NCBI GenBank assembly: GCA_946620335.1
Contig: CAMONF010000216.1
Span: 1-32,688 of the forward strand
Source of the DNA: an uncultured Clostridia bacterium
Lineage (GTDB): Bacteria; Bacillota; Clostridia; Lachnospirales; Lachnospiraceae
DNA: 32,688 nucleotides
Direction of reading: 5' to 3'
This document shows positions 16,532 through 25,345 of this stretch, in pieces; the first letter of the stretch is position 1; each line of letters opens with the position of its first letter. The position numbers and the translations under genes were made by a program. The notes below the pieces were generated by a model. The model searched no databases. It saw nothing but the letters and a program-made list of their open reading frames with translations, and was not told where the DNA came from.

Positions 16532-17554
16532 TTACGGCCTCTCTCTATCTACTCTGCCACGTATCCGCCGGATGCTGTCGCCCTGCACGATCCGGCCTTC
16601 CACGGACTGGGTCACCGGAGGCTCCGTATCCCCCCGCATTCTTCGAATCAGACGCTTCACCGCCGTCCTTGCCATCTTATCCATATCCACCTCATAGGTC
16701 GTCAGGTCGCCAAAATACAGCTTCTTCGGGAGATAATGGTCAAAAGAGGCGATCGAGATATCCTCCGGCACTCTGATGCCCTTCTTCAGCAGGGCCTCGA
16801 CCAGGATAAAGGACAGGTAGTCGCTGGAGCAGGCAATGGCAGTCGGCAGGTGCTCCGACACCTCTATATAAGGATCGCCAGAGGGAGTAAACTTCTCGCT
16901 GAAGGTAAAGGCGGGATCATACTCGATTCCCCTCTCCATGAGGCACTTTCTGTAACCGAAGAAGCGCTCCATGCCGTTGGTGTAGTCCTTAAATGAACCC
17001 AGGAACCCGATCTGCCGGTGTCCGGCTTCGACCAGACACTCGGTCGCCCGGAACATACCGCTGTAATTGTCCGAAAGGACGGAATCGCACCCGATGAAGG
17101 GGTCGTTGAAATCCAGCAGAACGACCGGAACAGTGGCTGTCTCCACGATCTTCTTCAGGGATTCCTTCCGGATCCTCCCTATTATGATTAGACCGTCTAT
17201 CTTCCTGTCCCCCTTGAGGAGTCTGGGATATTCCTCCTTCTGATGCTTGTCCGATATCTCCAGAATGGTGAAGCAGTTCCTCCTGGACGCGGCGTAAGCC
17301 GTCTTCTGATACATTTCCCAGTAAAAGGAGGTTCCCACGGATATATACCAGCCGGACACAAAAATCCCGATGGTATAGTTGTCCATCACCCTGGGCTTTT
17401 TCCTCCCGGAATGGAAGCCGAGCTCATCGGCCTTCCTCAGTATATCGTCCCGCAAAGCTTCACTGACGCCCCTCTTCCCGGCCAGGGCGTTGGACACGGT
17501 GACCACGCTGACGCCCAGAGCATCGGCGATATCCTGTTGTGTGATTTTGGACAT
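16532..17554 (-). CDS. LacI-family transcriptional regulator
   Basis: ITQQDIADALGVSVVTVSNAL HTH; RVPEDISIASFD. Confidence 0.93.
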   Translation of the reverse strand: MSKITQQDIADALGVSVVTVSNALAGKRGVSEALRDDILRKADELGFHSGRKKPRVMDNYTIGIFVSGWYISVGTSFYWEMYQKTAYAASRRNCFTILEISDKHQKEEYPRLLKGDRKIDGLIIIGRIRKESLKKIVETATVPVVLLDFNDPFIGCDSVLSDNYSGMFRATECLVEAGHRQIGFLGSFKDYTNGMERFFGYRKCLMERGIEYDPAFTFSEKFTPSGDPYIEVSEHLPTAIACSSDYLSFILVEALLKKGIRVPEDISIASFDHYLPKKLYFGDLTTYEVDMDKMARTAVKRLIRRMRGDTEPPVTQSVEGRIVQGDSIRRIRGRVDRERP

Positions 17555-17575
17555 ACCTTCTCCCCGACCGGCCGC

Positions 17576-18613
17576 TCAGTCCTTGTGGGCGCCGGTGCTT
17601 TTCCCGCAAATGAATTCATTTTCAAGAGGACATATGCCGTCAGGGCTCCCGCCTTTCGTGATCCGCCTTCTCAAGAGCTCCAGACACCTGGCCGCATGGA
17701 GGTCGAGACGGATCAGACAGGAGGAGAAATAGGGCTCCCCGCTCTCCTCTGACCTGCCCGCCCTGTAACCGGTCACAGATATATCCCCCGGCACGCGGAG
17801 CGAATTCCCTTCCAGAAGGGCCACCACGGACGCAGCCCTCTCATCGGAAGAGCAGACGACAGCGTCCGGCAACTTACCTTCCTGGATCCTCCGCAGCAGA
17901 GTCTCCGTTCCGTACTCAGGATTGCGCATCAATTCCGGGATCCGAACAGATTCAATCAGGCCGTATTCGTACAGGGCATTCCAGAAGCCGAGGAGCCTGT
18001 CGACCAGATACCGGTCATGTCCCACCTCCTCAGATACATAGATCAAATCCCGGTGTCCCAGCTCAAAAAGATGCCTGACCACACGCCTCATGGCCCTGAA
18101 CCCGTCGTCCATGACAAAATCCAGGTTCACTCTGGGATTGGCGAATCCGTACCCTACGACGGGGACCTTATAATAGTCCGCCAGGGAGCGCAGACTCTTT
18201 TCCGGCAGCTCGCCGAGCACAAGAATGCCGTCCGTCCTCACTATATTTCTGCGGTCCGACAGCCAGCTTATATCCGGCGCGTGCCCGTTGTCCCTGCTCC
18301 TCAGGAACCCAGTCGAGATCGTCACACTACACCTTACAGCTTCCTCCCTGAGGCATCCCATGAAAAGGTCTTCATTTCCAAGCAGGCTCTTTTTCTCTTC
18401 GGAGGTCAGCACGGCTATGTACAGCATCTCCTCCTGCACCTCGACCTTGACCTTCTCCCGCCTGTAACCGAGTTCGTCGGCACAGGCTATGATCCTGGCC
18501 CGCATCTCGTCGCTGACGCCGCTTCTCCCGGCCAGCGCATTGGAGACGGTCACGATACTGACACCGCTCTTTTCCGCAATGTCCGCCAGCTTCACCTTTT
18601 TCCTCGGTCTCAC
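17576..18613 (-). CDS. LacI-family transcriptional regulator (most divergent of the three)
   Basis: VKLADIAEKSGVSIVTVSNAL HTH; RVPGDISVTGY. Start tentatively moved to GTG 18613 (GGAGAGG upstream); the ORF track gives 18685. Confidence 0.88.
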   Translation of the reverse strand: MRPRKKVKLADIAEKSGVSIVTVSNALAGRSGVSDEMRARIIACADELGYRREKVKVEVQEEMLYIAVLTSEEKKSLLGNEDLFMGCLREEAVRCSVTISTGFLRSRDNGHAPDISWLSDRRNIVRTDGILVLGELPEKSLRSLADYYKVPVVGYGFANPRVNLDFVMDDGFRAMRRVVRHLFELGHRDLIYVSEEVGHDRYLVDRLLGFWNALYEYGLIESVRIPELMRNPEYGTETLLRRIQEGKLPDAVVCSSDERAASVVALLEGNSLRVPGDISVTGYRAGRSEESGEPYFSSCLIRLDLHAARCLELLRRRITKGGSPDGICPLENEFICGKSTGAHKD

Positions 18614-18720
18614 CTCTACCTCTCCCCAGTCATGAAATCCCAGACAGTCACTCTGAAAATAAAAACAAGCCGGAGCCGTATCCACAGCCCCGACCTGTGC
18701 TTCGCGGCATACTGCCTTGC

Positions 18721-18763
18721 TTAAATTATATAAAATTTAATCACAGAATTAGCCTATCGTCAA
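18721..18763 (-). promoter_or_regulatory. Probable promoter of the LacI genes, overlapping a TTAAATT-N6-AATTTAA palindrome
   Basis: TTGACG (18763-18758), 18 nt, TAAATT; an alternative TATAAT lies nearby; palindrome at 18721-18740. Confidence 0.55.
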
Positions 18764-18787
18764 CGGAATACTTTAAGTGGCCAGGAA

Positions 18788-18870
18788 AAAATGGGAATCA
18801 GGGACGGTTCCTTTTCCCACTTTTCATTTTATGAAAAGTGGGAAAAGGAACCGTCCCTGATTCCCATTTT
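18788..18870. repeat. REP-like dyad: perfect 40-bp arms, TTT loop
   Basis: 18788-18827 is the exact reverse complement of 18831-18870; the whole element is the reverse complement of 15439-15521. Confidence 0.95.
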
Positions 18871-18907
18871 CACCCTCTCCCCAGAACGACCCCCGGGGAA
18901 AAGTTCA

Positions 18908-20065
18908 TTATTTCCTCTTCAGGAAATCCGGAATCTGAATCTCAGAAGCCGGAACAGAGGTCTTGACGTTGGAGCTATTCAGCTTATAATTCGGCTGCTC
19001 CCTCTGCGGCTGCGGCGCAGTATAGGTGGTCTGCGGACGGGTATACTCCTGCGGTCTCCTGAACATATCGTTGGTAGCCTGCTGGCGGTTATTGGCGCGG
19101 ACAGCGCTCTCGTCCACGTCCACCAGACCGGTGGCGATGACGGTGATGCGGCAGGTGTCCACTTCGGTATCGTCATACATGGCACCGAAGATGATGTTGG
19201 CCTCGTCGCCGACCATCTCCTGGACATAGGAGGCAGCGTCGTTGGCATCCAGCAGGGAAATGTCGCCGCGGATGTTGATGATGACGTTCTTGGCGCCCTC
19301 AATGGAGGTCTCAAGCAGCGGGCTCTCGACGGCTTCCTTGACGGCTTCCAGGGCCTTGTCGTCGCCCTTGGCCTGGCCGATACCGATGTGGGCGATGCCG
19401 CCGTTGGTCATGACGGTCTGGACGTCCGCAAAGTCAAGGTTGATGAGGGCCGGCTGGTTAATCAGGTCTGTGATGCCCTGAACAGCCTGCTGGAGAACTT
19501 CGTCAGCCTTCTTGAGCGCCTCGGGCATGGTGGTCCTTCTGTCGACGATTTCAAGGAGCTTGTCGTTGGGGATGACGATCAGGGTATCGACCTTCTGCTT
19601 GAGCTTGTCGATACCGGTCAGGGCATTCTCCATGCGCTTTCTGGCCTCGAAGCGGAAAGGCTTCGTGACAACGCCGACGGTCAGGCAGCCGAGGTCCTTC
19701 GCGATCTTCGCGATGACCGGTGCAGCGCCCGTGCCGGTGCCGCCGCCCATACCGCAGGTGACAAATACCATGTCCGCGCCCTCAAGGAGCTCGCGGATCT
19801 CATCTTCGCTCTCCGTCGCGGCCTGCTCGCCGACTTCCGGACGGCCGCCGCAGCCAAGGCCCTTGGTGACCTTCTCGCCGATCTGCACGACCGTCGGGGC
19901 CTTGCAGATGGAAAGGGCCTGCTTATCGGTGTTCGCACCGACGAACTCCACGCCGCCGATGGTCTCGTCCACCATGCGGTTCACGGCATTGTTTCCGCCG
20001 CCGCCGACGCCCACGACAATAATTCTTGCAGCTGCTTCCGCTTCATTCGTAGTGATCTCTAACAA
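18908..20065 (-). CDS. ftsZ: Cell division GTPase FtsZ
   Basis: [23 protein letters not shown] tubulin signature, INLDFADV, C-terminal IPDFLKRK; TTG start with AAGGAGG. Confidence 0.98.
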   Translation of the reverse strand: MLEITTNEAEAAARIIVVGVGGGGNNAVNRMVDETIGGVEFVGANTDKQALSICKAPTVVQIGEKVTKGLGCGGRPEVGEQAATESEDEIRELLEGADMVFVTCGMGGGTGTGAAPVIAKIAKDLGCLTVGVVTKPFRFEARKRMENALTGIDKLKQKVDTLIVIPNDKLLEIVDRRTTMPEALKKADEVLQQAVQGITDLINQPALINLDFADVQTVMTNGGIAHIGIGQAKGDDKALEAVKEAVESPLLETSIEGAKNVIINIRGDISLLDANDAASYVQEMVGDEANIIFGAMYDDTEVDTCRITVIATGLVDVDESAVRANNRQQATNDMFRRPQEYTRPQTTYTAPQPQREQPNYKLNSSNVKTSVPASEIQIPDFLKRK

Positions 20066-20117
20066 AACAAATTCCTCCTTATAACCGCCCTCCCGGGCGA
20101 AGCATATACTTCTTCAT

Positions 20118-20163
20118 CAAAACAAAACGCATCAATACTATGATAAGAGTTTTGACGCGTTTT
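20118..20163 (-). terminator. Stem-loop/terminator between ftsQ and ftsZ
   Basis: Minus strand AAAACGCGTCAA...TTGATGCGTTTT followed by GTTTTG. Confidence 0.4.
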
Positions 20164-20164
20164 A

Positions 20165-20959
20165 TCAAGATTTTTTTTCATGGAAATGAACATCTTTTTG
20201 CGATCCGACGATGTTTTTAAGGTCCAGCGTGCCGCTTTTCCCCTTCACCTCGGGCATGAGCCTTGAAAGCGCCGCCAGTTTTTCCGAAAGATCGTCGAAA
20301 CTGCCCATCTCTGCTTCAAGTTCGCCGAAAATGATCGTCATGTTCTCATTTTCATCAAATACGATGCGGTCGGCGTAAACGCCCTCCTCTTTGCACCAGT
20401 CCCGCACCGCCGCGATATCCTCAAAAAATGTCTTCCGGATCCCGAGGCTCAGGCCGCGTGAAGGCTCCTTCACCTCGTGCGTCTTCGGATCCTCCGGAAG
20501 GGGGATGCCTTCGCAGAGCGGGATGAAATTCCGTTCATTTTTCTCCTCGGCCTGCTCCCGGGAAAACATGAGCGTCCCGCTGCGGTTGAAATACCAGCAG
20601 GCATCGCCCGCCTCCATGCAGCCCGTGATGTCCTTCTCGTTCACACGGACCCTGAGGGTCTTCGCATCGGAAAATGAACACGAAAGCGACCTCACAAAAG
20701 GAAGCTCGCCCGGAGCCCTGCCGTTGTTTAAAAGACAGGCCAGGACGATGCTGTTTCCCGGAGCCCTCTTAAGAACGGTGTCTCTGACTTCCTCCGCGCT
20801 CTCGTGGGCATTTCCGGAGATCTCAATGCGCTCCACCGGCAGGAACGCGACCGCCGATACGAAGAGAAGGATGAGGAGCAGCACAATAAAACGGAGTGCC
20901 GGCACATATCCGGCACCCTTCCGCTTCTTTTTCTTACTCCGCAAGCTCTTCCCTGACAT
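20165..20959 (-). CDS. ftsQ: Cell division protein FtsQ/DivIB-like
   Basis: Basic N-tail, one TM, POTRA-like IEISGN...LRVRVNE, C-terminal GTLDL; lies just upstream of ftsZ. Confidence 0.8.
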   Translation of the reverse strand: MSGKSLRSKKKKRKGAGYVPALRFIVLLLILLFVSAVAFLPVERIEISGNAHESAEEVRDTVLKRAPGNSIVLACLLNNGRAPGELPFVRSLSCSFSDAKTLRVRVNEKDITGCMEAGDACWYFNRSGTLMFSREQAEEKNERNFIPLCEGIPLPEDPKTHEVKEPSRGLSLGIRKTFFEDIAAVRDWCKEEGVYADRIVFDENENMTIIFGELEAEMGSFDDLSEKLAALSRLMPEVKGKSGTLDLKNIVGSQKDVHFHEKKS

Positions 20960-22307
20960 ATTTCTTGAAATCGTCTCCCCTCACTTCATAATTCGGGAAC
21001 TCGCCCCAGGAAGCGCAGGCCGGCGAGAGCAGGACCGCATCGCCCGCCTCCGCGTGGTCGCGGCAGAAATCCATCGCCTCCCGCATCGTCGGAAGAAGGA
21101 CGATCTTCTCCTCCGGGAAGCCCACCTCAAGGGCCGCGTCGCGGATATCGAAGCGGGTCTTGCCCTCGAGGACGAACCATTTGACCTTATCCCCGAAGCA
21201 GCGGATCCAGTCGCGGTAATCGGAGCCCTTGTCGTAGCCGCCCCCGATGAGCAGGGTCGGCCGCTTCATGGCAAGGATGCCCTTGATTGCGGCGTCCGGG
21301 TTCGTGCCCTTGGAATCGTTGTACCAGGCCACACCGTGCTTCTCCGCGACGAACTCGATTCTGTGTGGGACCGGCTTGAAGCGGAGGCAGGTGGCAGCGA
21401 TGCTCTGTAAGGATACGCCCGCGGCGATCGCCATCGCGGCGGCGGCCATCACATTTTCATGGTTGTGGGTGCCCGGAAGCATGAGATCGTCGGTATCGAG
21501 CAGGATCTCGTGCCGGCCGCCCCGGGTGACGAGGATCTTCGTCCCGTCCATGCAGATCCCGTCCGGGATATAGCGCGCCGAGGAGAACCAGAAGACGTCG
21601 GCCGGACATTCCTTCATGCCGAACTCACGGAGGACCGGATCCTCGTAGTTCAGGACGCAGACGTCGTCCTTCGTCTGGTTTTTCGTAATAAGCTCCTTGC
21701 ACCGGATGTACTCCGCCATCGTGTGGTGGCGGTTCATGTGGTCCTCGGTGATGTTGAGGATCGAGGAGACCGCCGGATGGAAGGTGTCGCAGGTCTCCAG
21801 CTGGAAGCTCGAGAGCTCCGCGACGAAGACGGCGTCCTTCGTGCTGCCCGGGACAGCTCCGGCAAATGAATTGCCGATATTGCCGACGATATAGACCTCC
21901 GGGCAGGCGTCCTGCATGATCGCGCCTAGCAGCGACGTCGTCGTTGTCTTCCCGTTGGTGCCGGTCACGCCGAGCACTCTCCCGCTTCTCGCCAGCCATG
22001 CCAGCTCGATCTCACCGATGACCGGAACGCCGGCCGCCTTAAGCGCCAGCACGTCCGCGCAGTCGGTCGGCACGCCCGGGCTCAGGACCGCGAGCGCAAG
22101 CGTCGCGATCACCTCCTCCGGCAGGCTGCCCGTGAAGGCGGCTGCCTTTTCGGGGCAGCTGAGGCCTTCCTTCATTTTCTGCGGGTCGAGGTTTTTATTT
22201 CCGTCATAGAGCACCGGACATGCCCCGAGGTAAAGCAGCAGCTCGGCGGCGCCGATCCCGCTCTTTCCCGCTCCGAATACAAGTACGTTTTTTCCTTTAA
22301 GTTCCAT
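20934..22307 (-). CDS. murD: UDP-N-acetylmuramoyl-L-alanine--D-glutamate ligase
   Basis: GAGKSG, SPGVP, GVTGTNGKTTT, ELSSFQLE, NDSKGTN, LLSPACASW. Confidence 0.97.
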   Translation of the reverse strand: MELKGKNVLVFGAGKSGIGAAELLLYLGACPVLYDGNKNLDPQKMKEGLSCPEKAAAFTGSLPEEVIATLALAVLSPGVPTDCADVLALKAAGVPVIGEIELAWLARSGRVLGVTGTNGKTTTTSLLGAIMQDACPEVYIVGNIGNSFAGAVPGSTKDAVFVAELSSFQLETCDTFHPAVSSILNITEDHMNRHHTMAEYIRCKELITKNQTKDDVCVLNYEDPVLREFGMKECPADVFWFSSARYIPDGICMDGTKILVTRGGRHEILLDTDDLMLPGTHNHENVMAAAAMAIAAGVSLQSIAATCLRFKPVPHRIEFVAEKHGVAWYNDSKGTNPDAAIKGILAMKRPTLLIGGGYDKGSDYRDWIRCFGDKVKWFVLEGKTRFDIRDAALEVGFPEEKIVLLPTMREAMDFCRDHAEAGDAVLLSPACASWGEFPNYEVRGDDFKKYVREELAE

Positions 22308-22322
22308 ATCAGAATGCCTTTC

Positions 22323-23282
22323 TCAGATGGCGATGATCGCCAGGATTGCGAGAAGTACCGTCACGATCGTGAAGTTCGCGACGACCTGCGTCTCCGACCA
22401 GCCCGACAGCTCAAAGTGGTGATGGATCGGAGCCATCTTGAAAATGCGCTTCCCGTGCGTCAGCTTGAAATACCCGACCTGCATCATGACCGAGAGCACC
22501 TCGACGACATAGATGAGGCCGACGATCAGCACATAAAGCGGCATCTCCAGCATGTAGGCGGTCCCGATGACGAACCCGCCGAGCGCGAGCGAACCGGTGT
22601 CGCCCATGAAGACTTTCGCCGGATGCGCATTGTAGACGAGGAAGCCCAGCGGCGCGCCGCCGACCGCCGAGGAGATCGGCGCGCCCCCGCCGTGAAGCAG
22701 GATCGATGCAATCGTGAAAAATGCCGCCACGACCGCCGTGACCGACGAGGCAAGCCCGTCCACGCCGTCGGTGAAATTAACCCCGTTCACAGTGCCGGCG
22801 ATAGCAAAGACCAGCAGCGGCCATTTCAGGATCCCGATCTCAAGCGTCTTTCCGCCCGTAAACGGGATGCGGAGCGCCATCGAGACGTCTGTGAAGCGCG
22901 AAATGTAAAGCCCGAAAACGACTATGATGACCAGCTCGAGCGCAAACTTCTGCCACGGCAGCAGGCCGTCAGAACGCCGTTTCACGACCTTCAGGTAATC
23001 GTCCAGGAAACCCAGCAGGCCGTAGGCCAGCGTGAGGAAAAGCACCGGTCCCGTCCTGGGATAGCGGGAAATAAAAAGCAGCCCGGTCACCGTGATTGCC
23101 AGAAGAAACATGATGCCGCCCATGGTCGGCGTCCCCGCTTTTTTCTTGTGTGCTTCGACGCCCAGCTCTCTCTCGGTCTGCCCCGCTTTTAAGCGGATGA
23201 GGAACGGTATCAGGACCGGTCCCATCGCCGCGGTGATCGCGAACGCGATAAAAGCAGGAACAAGGTCAAACAGAAATGACAT
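22323..23282 (-). CDS. mraY: Phospho-N-acetylmuramoyl-pentapeptide transferase
   Basis: GTPTMGG, GFLDD, NFTDGVDGL, VFMGDTGSL, MAPIHHHFE. Confidence 0.97.
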   Translation of the reverse strand: MSFLFDLVPAFIAFAITAAMGPVLIPFLIRLKAGQTERELGVEAHKKKAGTPTMGGIMFLLAITVTGLLFISRYPRTGPVLFLTLAYGLLGFLDDYLKVVKRRSDGLLPWQKFALELVIIVVFGLYISRFTDVSMALRIPFTGGKTLEIGILKWPLLVFAIAGTVNGVNFTDGVDGLASSVTAVVAAFFTIASILLHGGGAPISSAVGGAPLGFLVYNAHPAKVFMGDTGSLALGGFVIGTAYMLEMPLYVLIVGLIYVVEVLSVMMQVGYFKLTHGKRIFKMAPIHHHFELSGWSETQVVANFTIVTVLLAILAIIAI

Positions 23283-23317
23283 ATTCTAACCCCTCTTTCG
23301 ATGATATGCAGCCATTT

Positions 23318-23346
23318 AGTTTACTACGAAAAGAGTTTTTATGCAA
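23318..23346 (-). promoter_or_regulatory. Internal sigma-A-like promoter upstream of mraY
   Basis: TTGCAT (23346-23341), 17 nt, TAAACT (23323-23318). Confidence 0.55.
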
Positions 23347-23350
23347 TCCC

Positions 23351-25345
23351 TTACGGGTGATCAATATCTGAAAGAAGGATCTCATTTTCCGGCATGAGCT
23401 CCTCATCCGGCTCGATCTCCAGATAGGGCAGGATCTGTTTCAGGATATTTCTCGCGATCCACTGCGGAAAACGGCTGTCATCCTGGGCCGCGAGGTTCGG
23501 CTCATCCACGACGACGTAGATGAGGACCTGCGGATCCTCGTAGGGGACGAACCCGATAAAGGATACCAGGTAATCACCCTGGCCGCGCGGAAGTTTTTCT
23601 GCCGTGCCGGTCTTTCCGCCCATAGAGTAGCCGTTTACCTTCGCGTAGCGGGCGGTACCCGTCTCCACGGCATCGCGCATCGCCTCGCGGATGATCTCCG
23701 CGTTGGCGGAGGAGACAGTTTTCTTCTCCAGGACGCCGCCGTTTGCAGAAAGGACCGCGCCGTCCGCGCTGCGGATCTCCTGAACGACCGAAGGCCGGTA
23801 CCAGCTGCCGCCGTTTGCGATCGATGCGATGGCGGCCGCCTCCTGGATCATCGTGCAGTTGATGCCCTGGCCGAACGATGCGGTTGCGAGCTCCATATTG
23901 CTCATCTCATCCTCCCTGAAGAGGATGCCGGAGGCCTCGCCGGAGAGATCGATCCCGGTCCTGGCTCCGAACCCGAACACATGCTGGTAGCGGCACAGAT
24001 TCTCCTTGCCGGTCTTTGCGGCGATCTGCATGATGCTGTCGTTGCAGGAGTAGCTGATCGCCTGCTGGAGAGCCAGAAGGCCGTGGCCGTCCTCCTCGGC
24101 GCATTTGATCTTCGTCTCGTCGAACATCTCGAAGCCGTCGCACATGAAATGGTCATCCTCGGAGACGCTCCCGGTCTCGAGAGCCGCCGCGACCGTGACG
24201 GGCTTGATCGTGGATCCGGGCTCATAGCCCGCGGAAATGCAGTAATTGGCCAGCACCTGCAGCATCTCCGTATCGCCTTCCTTCGTTTCCGCCATGGTGT
24301 TCGGATCGTAGGAGCCGTCCGCCGCCATCGCAAGGATCCGGCCGTTCTGCGGATTCATCACGATCGCTCCGACATGGTCGGCTGCCGCCCTTTCCTCCGC
24401 ATAATTGTCGTAAAGTTCCATGAAGCGGTCGATCTCCCCCTGCACGGCCCGCTCGATATTGATGTCCAGGGAAGTGACCAGCGTGTTCCCGGCTTCCGGC
24501 TCGATGATGCTCCTTTGGATATAGTCGGAGGCCTTTTCGCTCCAGTAGGAGTAGCGCCGCCCTTCCTGCCCGGAAAGCTCGTCGTTGTAATAACTCTCGA
24601 GGCCGTAGCCGGACGGTTCTCCGCTGCCCGACGGGATCCCGATGACGCCGGCACCCAGCGCGCCGAACGGGTAATAGCGGACGTAGACTTCCTCAAAGGA
24701 GACGCCGACGATCCCCCTGCGCTCCCGCTGCACGCCGGAGAGCTTAAGCTCAGCCGCCATGCGCTCCGCGGCGTGCTCCTCGTCGTCCGGGATCTCCTCC
24801 AGCGCGTCCTGCTGGACCTTGATCTGCTCATCCAGGACCGCCTTATAGAGGCTGAACTTATCCGCCTCGCTCACCGTGAGCAGCTGCCTGCCCAGCACGG
24901 AATAGTAGTGGAGATTTTTCTTCTGCTCATCCGTAAAAAGCTTCCGGAGTTCCTCGGTATCCGCCCCGTAGACGCCCCCGAGCGCCCGGAGCGTCGGCTC
25001 GATATAGGGCGTCGTCTCCGTATCGCCGTCCTTCACAGTCTGGCCGATGAGTTTTATGTCAATGATCAGCCTGTACTTCTTGACGGAGTTCGCCAGGATA
25101 TTGCCGTTCGCATCCAGGATCTCTCCGCGGCTCGCCGCGATGGCGGACTGCACGAACATGTTTCTTGTATTTTCCAGGACCTTACTCTGATACTCCCGTC
25201 CCTTTACGACGTCGATATAGAAGATCCTGCCGATGAGACAAATGAAAACAAGCAGGACCGCCAAAAAGGATCCTGCCAGCTTGATCTTCAGTATTCTTCC
25301 GGGTTTTCCGCTCCGGCTCAGAAAGCCACCGCGTTTATGCCGCAT
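23351..25345 (-). CDS. Class B penicillin-binding protein (FtsI/SpoVD family)
   Basis: TM anchor, RGEILDANG, RYYP, GLE, EPGSTIK (SxxK), SCN (SxN), KTGT; start moved to ATG 25345, overlapping the upstream gene's stop. Confidence 0.93.
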   Translation of the reverse strand: MRHKRGGFLSRSGKPGRILKIKLAGSFLAVLLVFICLIGRIFYIDVVKGREYQSKVLENTRNMFVQSAIAASRGEILDANGNILANSVKKYRLIIDIKLIGQTVKDGDTETTPYIEPTLRALGGVYGADTEELRKLFTDEQKKNLHYYSVLGRQLLTVSEADKFSLYKAVLDEQIKVQQDALEEIPDDEEHAAERMAAELKLSGVQRERRGIVGVSFEEVYVRYYPFGALGAGVIGIPSGSGEPSGYGLESYYNDELSGQEGRRYSYWSEKASDYIQRSIIEPEAGNTLVTSLDINIERAVQGEIDRFMELYDNYAEERAAADHVGAIVMNPQNGRILAMAADGSYDPNTMAETKEGDTEMLQVLANYCISAGYEPGSTIKPVTVAAALETGSVSEDDHFMCDGFEMFDETKIKCAEEDGHGLLALQQAISYSCNDSIMQIAAKTGKENLCRYQHVFGFGARTGIDLSGEASGILFREDEMSNMELATASFGQGINCTMIQEAAAIASIANGGSWYRPSVVQEIRSADGAVLSANGGVLEKKTVSSANAEIIREAMRDAVETGTARYAKVNGYSMGGKTGTAEKLPRGQGDYLVSFIGFVPYEDPQVLIYVVVDEPNLAAQDDSRFPQWIARNILKQILPYLEIEPDEELMPENEILLSDIDHP

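Noticed and set aside
707-18870. Autonomous IS, composite transposon or integrative element
   Set aside because: No transposase, integrase, relaxase or tRNA target in the window, and no clear target-site duplication around the dyads.
22644-22658. MraY 'GAPLGF' proline where Leu is usual
   Set aside because: A single-base difference (CCG vs CTG) outside the catalytic motifs; cannot be distinguished from a polymorphism or error.
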